Part shown: in pieces, positions 43,896 through 57,813 of the stretch | How positions within the stretch are numbered: the stretch's first letter is position 1 | How the letters are laid out: each line of letters starts with the position of its first letter | From: Octopus vulgaris | Lineage: Eukaryota | Reading direction: 5' to 3' | DNA: 64,000 nt | NCBI GenBank assembly: GCA_951406725.2 | Contig: OX597836.1 | Coordinates: 8,804,001 to 8,868,000, forward strand | The notes under the pieces: model-generated | What the model saw: only the letters and a program-made list of their open reading frames with translations | What the model was told of the DNA's origin: nothing | Database searches by the model: none | Made by a program: the position numbers and the translations under genes

Positions 43896-44240
43896 TTATA
43901 ATTCTAATATTTTCCTATCCTTCCTTAATACCGGTTCCCATATGCTACTCATATCTGCACTCAGTCTGCTTAGGAGGTTGTTGTGTCCTAGCATATGTGC
44001 TGCTTCTTTCAGTTTTCGTATTTTCCAGCCGCGTTCTCTGTCTATTATTTTAACTTCATCCCACAGGAGGAGGTGGTCACCATTTTTCCATACATGATCA
44101 GCTATACCCGATTTATCAATATCTCCTTGTGTCACAGCTTTGCGATGTTCCTCTACCCTTATTTTGAGGGAGCAGCATGTTTCGCCTTTGTATAACCTAC
44201 CACAGCTGCATGCGAAGAAGTACACGCAGTCTTTGGTCAT
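43896..44240 (-). pseudogene. PLE GIY-YIG endonuclease domain
   Basis: CVYFFACSCGRLYKGETCCSLKIRVEEH...SGIADHVW...RKLKEA. Confidence 0.9.
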
Positions 44241-44563
44241 ATTCTCTTCTATTGGTGGTTTTAATCGAGGGAGATATCTGCGAAGTGTCGTATTATTCTT
44301 GAATACTGTCCTGATGTCCTATGGGCCGCATATCTTTTGTATCTTTCCCATAGGGTAGACATACTGTGGACAGTTTATTGGTTTCATCCCCTCTTTTCCT
44401 CATAATTGGAGGGAATAGTATACTTTTGGGGTAGTTGTTACTTAATAGATTGTTACTTAGCTTGATCATTTCTTCGTGGTGGGTATCACCATCGCTACTT
44501 ATATTCTTTGCTCGATGTTTTAGGCACTGGGCAATCCCTCTCTTTACAGTGTATGGATATGTG

Positions 44564-44625
<62 letters not shown>

Positions 44626-44629
44626 TTTG

Positions 44630-44721
44630 TGCAGCTGAAGATTGCTCAACATTTTAAATTGATGTAGTGAAATGATTGCATTGTTCAATTAAATGGAGTC
44701 GCATGAAACGATCGTACTGCA
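44630..44721 (+). ncRNA. Type I hammerhead ribozyme with long stem II
   Basis: TGCAG-CTGAAGA-[63 nt irregular hairpin]-GAAAC-GATC-GTA-CTGCA. Confidence 0.75.
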
Positions 44722-44747
44722 TTACCTCTGGATATCCTTGTTGCTTA

Positions 44748-44785
<38 letters not shown>

Positions 44786-44788
<3 letters not shown>

Positions 44789-45176
44789 TCTTTACTCTTT
44801 TACTTGTTTCAGTCATTTGACTGCGGCCATGCTGGAGCACCGCCTTAAATCGAGCAACTCGACCCCGGAACTTATTCTTTTGTAAGCCCAGTACTTATTC
44901 TATCGGTCTCTTTTGCCGAACCGCTAAGTGACGGGGACATAAACACACCAGCATCGGTTGTCAACCAATGCTAGAGGGACAAACACAGACACAAATACGC
45001 ATACATATATATATATATATACATATATACGACGGGCTTCTTTCAGTTTCCGTCTACCAAATCCACTCACGAGGCTATAGTAGAAGACACTTGCCCAAGG
45101 TACCACGCAGTGGGACTGAACCCGGAACCATGTGGCTGGTAGACAGGCTACTTACCACACAGCCACCCCTGCGCCT
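44786..45176 (-). mobile_element. SINE family A, well preserved
   Basis: Head and TAAAAGAG tail both present. Confidence 0.9.
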
Positions 45177-45642
45177 ATATATATCAGTAGTTAAAATTCA
45201 TTCTTATACAATTTTCTCCTTTCAGACACACACACAAGCACACAACATACACACAAGCATACACACACACACACAAACACACATACACACACACATACAC
45301 ACATACACACACACATACACACATACACACACAGAGAGGCACACACGCTACAAATGAACAGCAATGAATTCCAATAGAAATAAGATTTGCTTGGTAACTC
45401 AATTTATCAACGTTTTGAAGCGACACACAGCCTACGACCCTCGCTCTCAAGAGAGATGCTCCGATGCATTAATTTCATCTGTATGTATGGATGGATGTAT
45501 GTATGGATGGATGGATGGATGGATGGATGGATGGATGGGTGGATGGGTGGATGGATAGATGGAGAGAGGGAGGGAGGAGAGGGAGGGATTTGATATTTTT
45601 ATTCATGACGTAAATTTCGACTTTGAATTTTTGCGTAAGCTA

Positions 45643-46194
45643 TTGGGTTGTCCGGAAAGTTCGTGCCGATTTTTAAAGGAAAGAAAAAGGTCAATAAATA
45701 CTTGCCATTACATTTTTAATCAACCCAACATGAACCATTTTGTTGCACAATGCATCTCCATCTTTCCTTTAACTTGAAAATACCCTCTTCCCAGAATTGA
45801 GTTGGTTTCATGGCAAAGAATTCATCAAGGTATCTTTTTACGTCATCCAAGGAATTGACATTTTTACAATTAAGACCTGAATAAGTGGAAATCCGAAGGA
45901 GCAATATCTGGTGAATATGGAGGGTGGGGTAACACATCCCAGCTGAGCTGCAGCAATTTTTGTCTGGTTCCCAAAGGATCAAGTGTCGAAAATGAACTTT
46001 CTTATCTTCCATTTTAAAGGGTTACAGAATTAACACAGGTTATAGGAACATAAACCTTCTTCCACGAAAAGATAGCTTAAACTGTGCTCTAATTGGAGGT
46101 TTAGTCAAATCCTGTTTTATGGACTCAACCATATTCTAAAATAAGTCGAAAGGTAAGCTACTATAAATCGGCACGAACTTTCCGGACAACCCAA
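45643..46194 (-). mobile_element. Non-autonomous mariner (internal deletion derivative) with perfect TIRs and TA target duplication
   Basis: TA|TTGGGTTGTCCGGAAAGTTCGTGCCGATTT...AAATCGGCACGAACTTTCCGGACAACCCAA|TA; MEDKKVHFRH fused to HPPYSPDIAPSDFHLF and the C-terminus. Confidence 0.95.
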
Positions 46195-46319
46195 TATCAT
46201 TGCAGAGTTGCTATTGTAACGAATCATAAAAAATATGTTAAGGAATTTTTCTTTGTCTTCTTATCATTTCTTGTATATATTTGTATATATGTATACACAA
46301 ACACACACACATATATACA

Positions 46320-46491
46320 AGGCCTGGTATTTAGGCGGCCGGGGTTCGCAACTGGTACGTATTTTATCGACCCCCAAAAGGAATGGAAGACAAAGTCGAC
46401 CTCGGCGAAATTTGAACTCAGGACGCTAAGATGGAAGAAATGCCGCAAAGCATTTTGTCCGGCTTGCTAACAATTCTACCAGCTTGCCGCC

Positions 46492-46492
<1 letters not shown>
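46320..46492 (-). mobile_element. SINE family B
   Basis: Core and head present. Confidence 0.8.
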
Positions 46493-46560
<68 letters not shown>

Positions 46561-46641
46561 TGCGCGTCTGTGCCTGTGTCTATTTATGCACATACACCCA
46601 CACACACACACACATACACACACACACATACATATTTTTCT

Positions 46642-46958
46642 TTTGTTTCAGTCATTTGACTGCGGCCATGCTGGAGTAGCGCCTTGTAGGCTTTTTTTCT
46701 TAGACGACCAAATCGACCCTAACACTTATTTCTTAAGCCTCGTACTTATTCTATAGGTTACTTTTGCCCACCCGCTAAGTTACGGAGATGTAAATACACC
46801 AACAGCGGTTGTCAAGCGGTAATGGGACTAACATACACACATACACATATGCGATGGGCTTCTTTCAGTTTCCGTTTGCCAAATCCACTCTCAAAGCTAG
46901 GAGACACTTGCCCAAGGTACCACGCAGGGACTAAACCTGGAAACTCGTGGCTGCGCCT
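46642..46958 (-). mobile_element. SINE family A, internally deleted
   Basis: Similarity to other copies. Confidence 0.8.
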
Positions 46959-46968
46959 ATGTAAAACC

Positions 46969-47072
<104 letters not shown>

Positions 47073-47152
47073 GTAAGACATATATATATATTAATAAATA
47101 CATATATATATATATTTATATGTATTCATACATATACATACACATATATGCT

Positions 47153-47183
<31 letters not shown>

Positions 47184-47184
47184 G

Positions 47185-47244
<60 letters not shown>

Positions 47245-47275
47245 TGTACATATATATATATATACATATATATAC

Positions 47276-47308
<33 letters not shown>

Positions 47309-47619
47309 TACATGCACACACACACATATATAAATATACATACATATATATACACGTACATAGAAACGTATATATATACATACATACAAACATATATATA
47401 TATATGAGACAGACAGACAGCCTGCATACACACACTCAACATATAAGGCTCCGGACCCTTTGCACATACACACACAACCACACTTGTGCGCGCGCACGCA
47501 CGTAAACACATGTATGCGCACGCGCTTAACCATCCTTATTTATAGACGCCATAACAAAACACCGTTCCACGACCACCACACACAATCATTTTCATTCACA
47601 CTCTCACGCGCGCGCGCGA

Positions 47620-47652
<33 letters not shown>

Positions 47653-47955
47653 TACACACACATACACACACACATACACACACACATACACACACACACA
47701 GACGCTCATTGACTCATACGGGATCATGCATTCATTAATATGTGGATGGATGGGTGGATGGGTGGGTGGACGAATAGACAGACAGACAGACGGACGGAGG
47801 AACAGAGAGGCAGATTGATCGATAGATAGAGAGGGAGAGAGAAAGAGACAGTTAGACACACAGATAGACAGGGGCAGGCAGATAGTTAGATAGACACAAA
47901 CAGATAGATAGACAGATAGATGGATAAATAGATAGTTAGGTATATAGATAGATAT

Positions 47956-48020
<65 letters not shown>

Positions 48021-48039
48021 CAGACAGATAGATAGAGTG

Positions 48040-48140
<101 letters not shown>

Positions 48141-48143
48141 GTG

Positions 48144-48202
<59 letters not shown>

Positions 48203-48648
48203 GTGAGAGAGATAGATAGAGAGGGAGAGAGAGATAGAGAAAGAGACAGAAAGACACACACACACACACAACCACACACACACACAACCACACACACACA
48301 GAGTCAGACAGGTAGAAAGACGGACAGAGAGTGAGAGTGAGAGAGAAAGACAGACAGACAGATAGACACACGTACACAGTGAGAAAGAAGGACAGATAGA
48401 AAGAGAAAGAGGCATATATATACAATTAGAACGAGAGAGACGGGTTCAAAAGAAAGACTAATGAGAAGAGAATATCTAAGGGGAGAGAGAGAGAGAGAGA
48501 GAAAGAGAAAGAGAGAGAGAGAGAAGATGAGGCGCGTTGAAGACGAAAATAAAGTCTAGAGAAATGCCACCTGAGGGTGAATGAAAAAGAGAAAGAGAGA
48601 AAGCATAAAGGAGTTTTGTTTTGTAGAAAGAACGACACTGGACTCTCT

Positions 48649-48711
<63 letters not shown>

Positions 48712-49030
48712 GAGTAGAGGGGCGGAGAGAGAGAAAGAATATAAGAGGGTAGCAGAGAGCGAGCGAGCGAGAGAGAGAGAGAGAGCTAGGCATAGAGAGT
48801 GCGTGTGTAGAAGAAGGTGGAGGGAGTAAGGACAGCTGATGATATATAGAGAGGGAGGGGGAAGTAGGAAGAAGAAGAGGAGGAGAAGGAGGAGGAGGTG
48901 ATTATACTGTTAGTAACAACAACTTGAAATTGGCGTGTCTTAAATGTGAACAGAGGCAGAGCTGGTCGCCTCTAAAGTGAACAGCGTGAAGAAATACTAG
49001 TAACGCCGAAGCTGTGTCTACCCTTCGACT

Positions 49031-49064
<34 letters not shown>

Positions 49065-49370
49065 TATATAAGAACAAAACACGGAAGACAAATGTATATG
49101 TGTGTACATACATAAGTATATATATATATATATGGTGTATTGTACAGGCGTATACATGCACACACTCCCAGAACAGACGTAAATATACACGCGCGCAGCC
49201 TTACACAAACACACACACAGATATCTATATATATATATGTGTATATATATATACATACTATTTGCTGCTGCTTCTCATAAACAAGCGGAAAAAAAAAAAT
49301 ATACATTCTTTGGGACAGCGACCAAAGACGGGATAATTTCCATTTAAACTCCGTACACTAGTTAGTGTCT

Positions 49371-49422
<52 letters not shown>

Positions 49423-50692
49423 ATATATATTCAGTGAAATATATCAACAAGGAAAACTTATATAAAAAAAAAAAAACCGGTTGGACGACAAAGAGAGAAA
49501 AAAATTTACAAATTTTGGGGGAAAAGAAACAAAACTTGGAAAACAAACGAAAATTCACAAAAAAAATCTTAGAGAAAAGATTCGGGTTTTTATATTTATA
49601 TAATAATATTCATACGATTCAATACGAAAAGTGTGTATATATACGTGCACATGTATTTATAACTATAAATATTTGCCTATATAGTTATTTATATTATATA
49701 TATTTATATATTAATACTATATATTGCATATATGTGTATAGATACACGCACATATATACATAACTGAACGTGCATATATATATATATAATATATATATGT
49801 ATATATAATATATATATAACCAGTGACTGTATGTTGACTGTATACTTATAAATGTATATATCTACCAATGTGATTCTTACTATCAACTCCTGGTGAAATA
49901 CCTGCTTAGTTGCAAAGGTGATGTTATATTCGTTTCACAGGTGAGAAATTGAAATTGTTTTTTACGTTCGTTTTTGTCTTTTTCTTTCTTTCTTTTTCTT
50001 TCTTTTTATTCATTTATTTGAGCTTATTTGCAATTTCTTATTATTATTAAGCATATAATGTTAAAAATCGAGAATAATGTGAGGGATAATAAATTTAATC
50101 TATCGGTTCTTTGTTGTTGGGGTTAAGGTTAGCTCAGACCCTAATCTGAGCTGAACGTAACAAGTATTCAAAGACGTTCTTCTGGTGGCCATCACGTTTT
50201 GTTTTTTGGGAAAATCGTTGGCTGAAAAACTTATTTGATGAAAAGTATAAACCCACGTAATGTGTGTGTATTCCTATATAATGCATTTATAACGTAATAT
50301 GTATATGTGCTGTATAGATGCCTTATAATGTGTATATATATAATTTCTCATGTGTGTGCCTAACCGCCACATACGTGTGTGTGTGTGTGTGTGCTGTATA
50401 ATGTAGTCTGTTATGCGTGTGTATAAAGATCAGGCCTTTAGGGGGCTGAGCCCTGCAGGTACAATAGTCTGGGCCTGGAGATGCGACTAGGGGTTCCTCA
50501 GATATCTGACGGGTCCGTTTCACACACACACACACACACGATGTGTGTGACGGGAGCTTTTCTTATCAAGGACCGAACTTATTGTTCTGTGTTGCGAAGT
50601 TTCTTTTCTAAGTCCTTCCTATTCTCCTGGCTGACGATTTCTTACTGTGGTACCTGACCATAAGTTTAATACGGCGTGGCTCAGAACAATAA

Positions 50693-50840
50693 GACGGCGA
50701 ACTGGCAGAGACGTCAGATCGTCGGTTTGAATGCTTCGCATATTTGCTCCGACCCTCTGGGCTTCGAGTTCAAATCCCGCCGAAGTCAACTTTTTTTTTC
50801 TTTTTATTCTTTTAGAGGGAATAAAAAACTATACCAACCA
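50693..50840 (+). mobile_element. SINE family B, degraded
   Basis: gacggcgaactggcaga...gagttcaaatcccgccgaagtcaac. Confidence 0.7.
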
Positions 50841-51229
50841 AGCACAATGAACTAGTGGTACTTTAACAACATCAGACTTGTTGCCTTTGAGGTATTTGCT
50901 CTGGTTCTTAGCATCCTGAGTTCAAATCCAGTTATAGTTTAGCTTGATTCGGCCCTCCCACTTTTTAACAACACCATCAAACATTTTGGGTACTTTTATT
51001 AGACCTCCACAGTATTTTTCTTGTGAAGTATTCGGGCCAGGTCTCCGGGCTGAGAAATACCCTAAACCCACCCGCCCCACCACTGTCTCGAAACCTCCGG
51101 AAAACAAATATTAAAAAGCATTTCGGGATAACTATATTACACGGGCCACAGATTTACATCGGGTGGTTCTTGTCCTAGGCCACGAATATATACAGGATGG
51201 TTATTATAACAGGCCATACGTTTTATTTT

Positions 51230-51598
51230 TCACGCTTGTCATCAGACTGCGGCCATGCTAGGGCACCGCTTTGAAAATTTTTTAATCGAATGAATCGACC
51301 CCAATATTTGTTTTGTTTTCTTTTTAAGTCTGGTAGTCTATCAGTCTCTTTTGCCAAACCGCAAAGTTACGAGGGCGCAAACACACTAACAACGGTTGTC
51401 AGGCGCTGGTAGGGAACACACACACACACACACACGACAGGCATTTTTTTTTTTTTTCAATTTCTGTCTACCAAATCCACTCACAAAGCTTTGGTCGGCC
51501 CAATGCTATAGTAGAAGACACTTCCCCAAGGTGCCATGCAGTGGGACTGAGCCTTGAACCATGTGGTTGGGAAGCAAGCTTCTTACCACACAGCCACA
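51230..51598 (-). mobile_element. SINE family A
   Basis: Similarity to other copies. Confidence 0.85.
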
Positions 51599-52029
51599 CA
51601 TTAGACCCGATTGAGTTAAACACCCCGTATTTGACCAGTTTTAATTTAATTAAACTTGAGCAGGTGGTGGGGTTTAGTTTCTTAAACCGGGCAGGATTTG
51701 AACTCGTGACCTTTAGATCCAACATTAAATATTTTAAAGACCCTCTACTAACCCTGTAATTCACCCATCTTATATTAACGGTTGGTTTTGTTTCTGTAGA
51801 GCTCCATGTGTCATTTTTGTTTTGCTTATGTCTATAATCATAGACAGGCTAACCGTGACCATCGCATCATTTTAGGATATTAGCTTGAATTATAGCATCC
51901 CATATAGTACATATATAATGTCCTTCCTTCTTTAAGGTAGATTGGAATTTGGCTGTTATTTCTAGTAGGACAACCACATAGAGGTCCACCCCGCCAGAAA
52001 TGCTAGTTTCCAGTATTGTCGTTTGGACG

Positions 52030-52525
52030 GATTGAATTGGTACCAATATATAACTGGTATTTTTTTCATCAACCCCAGAAGCTGATTTGGTGGGATTTGA
52101 ACTGAGAATGTAAAGAGAAGGTTTATACCGAGCAAAGTGCTTTGTCCGACAATTTAGTAATTCTACTAACCTAGAATTAAAAATAAGTCTTTCTACCACT
52201 GGAGAAGTAGTTAGACAACTACATTGACCCCGGGGCTGAGCTGGTACTTATTTTATCGACCCCCGGGAACTTGGAAAGCAAAATCGACGGCGCTGCTTAA
52301 ATACAGGGGTCCCGCTTAAATAGAGGCCCTGATGCATCTATGTAACGACATGTTTTTACACTGCAAACTCGTTAGGGACTTAGGGTTTCGTAGATGCGTC
52401 GGGACCTGTATTTAAGTAGTACCAAATCGACATGGGCGGAATTCGAACTTGGAATGTAATAAATCGGAAGAAATACCGTTAAGCATTTTTTTCCGGTGCG
52501 GTAACCATTCTGCCAGCCCGCCGCA

Positions 52526-52574
<49 letters not shown>

Positions 52575-52793
52575 TAACCCTTTCTGCTGAAGGCACAAGG
52601 CCTGAAATATGAGGGAGGGGACTCTAGTCGATTACATCGACTCCAGTGTTTCACTGGGGACTTAATTTATCGACCCCGAAAGGGATGAAAAGCAAAGTCG
52701 ACCTCGGCGGAATTTGAACACACAACGTAGCGACGGGCGATATACCGCTAAGCATTTCGCCCGGCGCGCTAACGATTCTGCCAGCTCGCCGCC

Positions 52794-52836
<43 letters not shown>

Positions 52837-53575
52837 TATTATGGGCACAAGGCCTGAAATTTGGTGGGGAGGGGACCAGTCGATTACACCGATCCCCAGT
52901 ATTTAACTGGCACTTAATTTATTGACCCCCCAAAAGATGAAAGACAAAGTCCGGCTCCGGGATTTTAGCTCAATGTAAGGACGGACGAAATGCTGCTAAT
53001 CATTTGACCGGACATGCTTAAGGATTCGGCCAATTCGCTGTAGTAATAATGACCTTTCTACCGAAGGCACGAGGCTTGAAATTTCGAGGGGGCGGGGGCC
53101 TAGTAGATAAAGTCGACCCCAGTATGTGACTGGTGCTTATTTTCATCGGCCCCGAACGAATGAAAGGCAAAGTCGACTTCGGCGGAATGTTAACGCTGAA
53201 CGTAAAGCCGGAAGAAATGTCACGAAGCATTTTGTCCGGCATGCCAATGATTCTGCTAATAATAATAACGGTTTCAAATTTTGACACGAGGCCAGCAATT
53301 TAGGGGCAGGGGTAATTCGATTAGGTCAATCCCAGCATTCAATTGGCACTTATTTTATCGATCCAACAGGTCCTGGAATTTCGGGGGAGTGGGTGGGTGT
53401 AGTCCATTTTATTGACCCCAGTACTTCAAAGGTATTTTACTTAATCGGCCCTTGAACAGTGAACAACAGTTGATCTCGGTGGGATTCGAACTCGGAATTT
53501 AAAGAGCCAGGACAAACAGTGCAACGTCTTTGTTTTTCTTCGATGCTCTACTGATTCTACCAGACGGCCGCCCTA
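52030..53575 (-). mobile_element. Head-to-tail array of about seven SINE family B copies
   Basis: Core repeated near 52080, 52260, 52670, 52930, 53150, 53360 and 53450, with (AAT)n linkers. Confidence 0.85.
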
Positions 53576-54126
53576 ACTGCAGTCGAGCAGACTTATAATC
53601 AAAAATGCGGCCCAGCTGTAGCCATCTTTTTTTTTTTTTTCTGTTTTTCATATTGAGTGACTTGAGTGTTTGAGAGAGATTTGGTTGCTATTTTTAGCGG
53701 ATCACACGCACTTGTATAGGAAAAAAAAACTGCAGCTGATAACACTGAAGACGTGTGTGTATGTGATTCGTTAGTGCGTGTGTAACTGCTTTCATCTTTT
53801 TCCGCACACACACACACACACACACGTATAAGATTCAACATAAATGGAGCAGTTGACACCTTTCATTGCCATCGTCTTATATGTTCTGGCAGATTCGGGA
53901 AGGCAGTTTCTTTTTCTTTTTGTTCTTCGTTTTTGTTCTTCCCTCTCTCCCCCACACTTCTCTCACTAAACTCCAACTGCAATTAATATGCTAACGATTT
54001 CAGAACATATTTACAAAGAATGCGACACAAACGAACACAAATACTCCGTCTCTAGTGGTATGACCCTGTCTCTGTACGTGCGTGTGTGTGTGGTGTGCGT
54101 GCGTATATATATATATATATATATAC

Positions 54127-54506
54127 ACTCTTTTACTCTTTTACTTGTTTCAGTCATTTGACTGCGGTCATGCTGGAGCACCACCTTTAGTCGAGCAAAT
54201 CGACCCCGGGACTTATTCTTTGTAAGCCCAGTACTTATTCTATCGGTCTCTTTTGCCGAACCGCTAAGTGACGGGGACATAAACACACCAGCATCGGTTG
54301 TCAAGCAATGCTAGGGGGACAAACACAGACACACAAACATATACACACACACTTATATATATATATATATACATATATACGACAGGCTTCTTTCTTGGTC
54401 GGCCCGGGGCTATAGCAGAAGACACTTGCCCAAGATGCCACGCAGTGGAACTGAACCCGGAACCATGTGGTTGGTTAGCAAGCTACTTACCACACAGCCA
54501 CTCCTA
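54127..54506 (-). mobile_element. SINE family A
   Basis: Near-identical to 44786-45176 apart from deletions. Confidence 0.9.
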
Positions 54507-54634
54507 TATAATGTTTTCTTTGATTTTGATGTTCCCATTTGTATAATTAATAAATAATGTAAAATTGTAATATCCGTAAGTTGATGAACGAGATGAATTT
54601 GTCTCTCCATTTTCTTATATATATATATTTTTTT

Positions 54635-54878
54635 TAATGCGCCCTTTCAAAGCCTGACCAGGCTCATGGGCCCGGTTTCAATGGCGTATGTGTTCCCCAG
54701 CTGGACGGGACGCCAGTCCATCGCAGCGTTACTCATTTTTGCCAGCTGAGTGGACTCCTGAAGCAACGTGAAATGAAGTGTTTTGCTCAAGAACACAACA
54801 CGTCGCCCGGTCCAGGAATCGAAATCACAATGTTACGATCATGATGCTGACACCCTAACCACTAAGCCACGGGCCTTC
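54635..54878 (-). mobile_element. SINE family C, near full length
   Basis: Head gtggcttagtggttagggtg; tail ctttgaaagggcgcattaaaaaaa. Confidence 0.85.
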
Positions 54879-55197
54879 ACACACACACACGTGTGTGTGT
54901 AAAATGGAACAAAAACGCAATAGAAGACAATAAAACATTCGGACAGATAGACGAACAATTAAGACAGGCAAAAGATGGGTCATTCGTGGCCTTCTTTCCT
55001 CAGTCAAGTACCAGAAGTGATAACTGTTTCGTCTGTGTGTGTATTATGGCAATGTTTCGGTATTAATATATGACGTCAGTTATGGGTGAGTGTGTGTGCG
55101 TGCGATTTTTTGACTGTTCAGCTCCGTCGAGCAGATGAAACAGTCACACACTCACTCATGACGTCATATACTTTTACCGAAAGACTCTATTCTTATA

Positions 55198-55360
55198 GGC
55201 GCAAGCTGTGTAGATAAGAAGCTGGTTTTGGAACCACATGGTTTCAGGTTCGGCTACCTTGGGCAAGTGCTTTCAACCACAGGTCCGGATCGACCAATGC
55301 CTAGTGACGAGTGAATTTGGTAGATGGAAACTGCATGGAAGACAATGATATAGATATGTG

Positions 55361-55393
<33 letters not shown>

Positions 55394-55791
55394 TGTGTGT
55401 GTGTGTATATATGTGTGTATATATGTGTTTATATATGTGTGTGTGTATCTATGTGTATATGTGTGTATATATCTGTATGTGTATGTGTATATGTATGTAT
55501 ATGTGTGCGTGTGTGTGTATACATATGTATAGTGTGTGTCCTTGTGTTCGACATCCCCCACCCTTTGTAACTTAGCGATCAGGAAAAAGGGACCCCAGAA
55601 TACTGTGCTCTTTTGCTTGTTCTCGTAATTTGACTGCGGCCATGCTGGAGCACCACCCTTAAGGATGCTTCTGTCGAACACATCGACTCCAGAACTGTGA
55701 GTTCAGTACTTGTTCTATCGGTATGTTTTGCCGAACCGCTAAGTTACGCGGACGTAAACACACCAGCACTGGTTGTTAAGCGGTGACGGTG

Positions 55792-55868
<77 letters not shown>

Positions 55869-56070
55869 CCACGGGCTTCTTTCAGTTTCCATCTACCAAA
55901 TTCTCTCACATGGCTATAGTAGATGACACTTGCTCAAGGTACCACGCAGGGGAACTGAACCCGGAACCATGTGGCTGGGAAGTAAGCTTCTTACCACACA
56001 GCCACGCCTGCGCTAAACCGTTCGAGGCGGTGCTCCAGCATGACCGCAGTCAAATGACCGAAATAAATAA
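55198..56070. mobile_element. Cluster of SINE A copies (plus 55198-55590, minus 55610-56012, plus tail 56023-56070)
   Basis: Similarity to other copies. Confidence 0.8.
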
Positions 56071-56181
56071 AAATTTGTGTGTGTGCGTACGCGGATATAG
56101 ACGTATGTACGTGTATATTGTTCGTTCCCTTCGTTTCTTCTCTGCCTCTGTCTTGCTGGCTCGTTACAGCTAAAAAAAATT

Positions 56182-56664
56182 TTCCGGACCCCCAATAATG
56201 ATCTCATTTGCATACAGCCAATCAGAGCTCAGCTACCAAACTAATTCATGAGCGCGTAACAAGTGATGGGCGATAAGGTCACTTGGGTAAGGAACGACCA
56301 TGCTTCTTTTCCCTTTTAAAAGGCTCGTTCGTGCTCTTGTTTCAACCGTGGCTGCCTCTGCGTAGTTATTTGTGTTGTTCTTTACTTTGTCGAACAGTAA
56401 GGGGAGAGGGTTGCAAGCACATTGCTCTCTACCCACATTTTCCCCATCCCCATCTTTACCATATGGGGCCCTAGCAAAATCCAATATGCAAATCTATCTG
56501 ATTACTTGTCCCCTTTCTAAAATCAAGCATAACTTGGCGATCGGTCGACTTACAACACCATTCTTCGTTTTGAGTTTACTTGGTAGAGTGTGTTAACTTG
56601 ACAACACGGTCAAAGTGAGCTCTGATTGGCTGTATGCAAATGAGTTCATTACTGGGGTCCGGAA
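56182..56664. mobile_element. MITE-like element with ~50 bp terminal inverted repeats
   Basis: 56182-56231 versus 56616-56664; no clear target duplication. Confidence 0.75.
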
Positions 56665-56835
56665 CTCTCGTGGGAAAAAAAACGCCGGCAGGACGGCTGG
56701 CAGCTGAAGGCAGCAGGAGAATAGAGTAAATAAAGAGATCAGTCAACTTGTATTGCAGAAGACCCCTTAAAAAGTATCGGGGTTCATACCGTCCTTACAA
56801 TCACTTTGTGTGTAAATAAAGATAAAAATATTTAT

Positions 56836-57140
56836 AGGCGTGGCTGTGTGGTAAGAAGCTTGCTTCCCAACCACATGGTTCCAGGTTCAGTCCCACTTCT
56901 ATATCCTCTGTGAGCAGATTTGGTAGACGGGAACTGAAAGAAGCCAGTGTGTGTGTTTATCCACTGCTCGACAACCGCTGTTGGTGTGTTTACATTCACG
57001 TAACTTAGCTGTTTGGCAAAGGATACTGATAGAATGTGTACCAGGCTTTAAAAAAAATAAGTACCGGGTTCGATTTGCACGACTAAAATTCAAGGCGGTG
57101 CCCCAGCATGGCCACAGTGTAACGACTGAAACAAATAAAA
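56836..57140 (+). mobile_element. SINE family A
   Basis: Similarity to other copies. Confidence 0.85.
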
Positions 57141-57284
57141 CACAAATGTGTGCATGGAATGAGCATCGTTGATTGTACTCGCACCCACGTGTATTACAGG
57201 TATCTTTTGAAGCCTTTCGTTAATTTACGAGATCTAAACCTCTCTCACTTTGTGTGAGGGAGACAGACAGACAGGTGGCTGCGC

Positions 57285-57575
57285 ATACCTTGGTGGTTAG
57301 GGTATTCAGCTCACAGTCATGAGGTCGTGGGTTCAATCCCCGGCGACGCGTTGTGTCCTTCAGCAAGACACTTCATTTCACGTTGTTCCAGTCCACACAC
57401 CTGGCGAACACGAGTTGTACCTGTAATTCAAAAGGGCCAGTCTGGTCACATAATTTGTCATACCGGGTTTCCCTGATGACTACGTTAAAGGTACAAGTTG
57501 TACGTTAAATTTCACGAGCAGGCTGTTCCGTTGATCGGATCAACTGCAACATACTCGTCGTAAGCGACGGAGAAC
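57285..57575 (+). mobile_element. SINE family C (alternative 3' body)
   Basis: tggttagggtattc...gggttcaatccc...ttgtgtccttcagcaagacacttcatttcacg. Confidence 0.8.
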
Positions 57576-57813
57576 CAGAGAGAAAAAGAGAGATTTACGT
57601 GTTAAGAAAAAGAAACATTAATTTAATTGTACGATTGATTGAATCGAATCCAATAAATTATTAATGCTTTATCGATATATGGAAATATGAAATTTCCAGT
57701 CAATTCCTTCGAGATTCTGACTAGAAACTGCGCAGAGAAAAAATTAACTCCATGCTGAGATAAGGTTTAGATTTTGGAAAACCTTTTGAGGACCAAGCAA
57801 GTTGTTGCGAACC

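Larger units (their letters stand above)
43606..44552 (-). mobile_element. 5'-truncated Penelope-like retroelement (RT C-terminal region, GIY-YIG endonuclease, terminal repeat)
   Basis: TVKRGIAQCLKHRAKNISS...NNYP, LPY linker with frameshift, then the GIY-YIG frame and a hammerhead-bearing 3' region. Confidence 0.92.
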
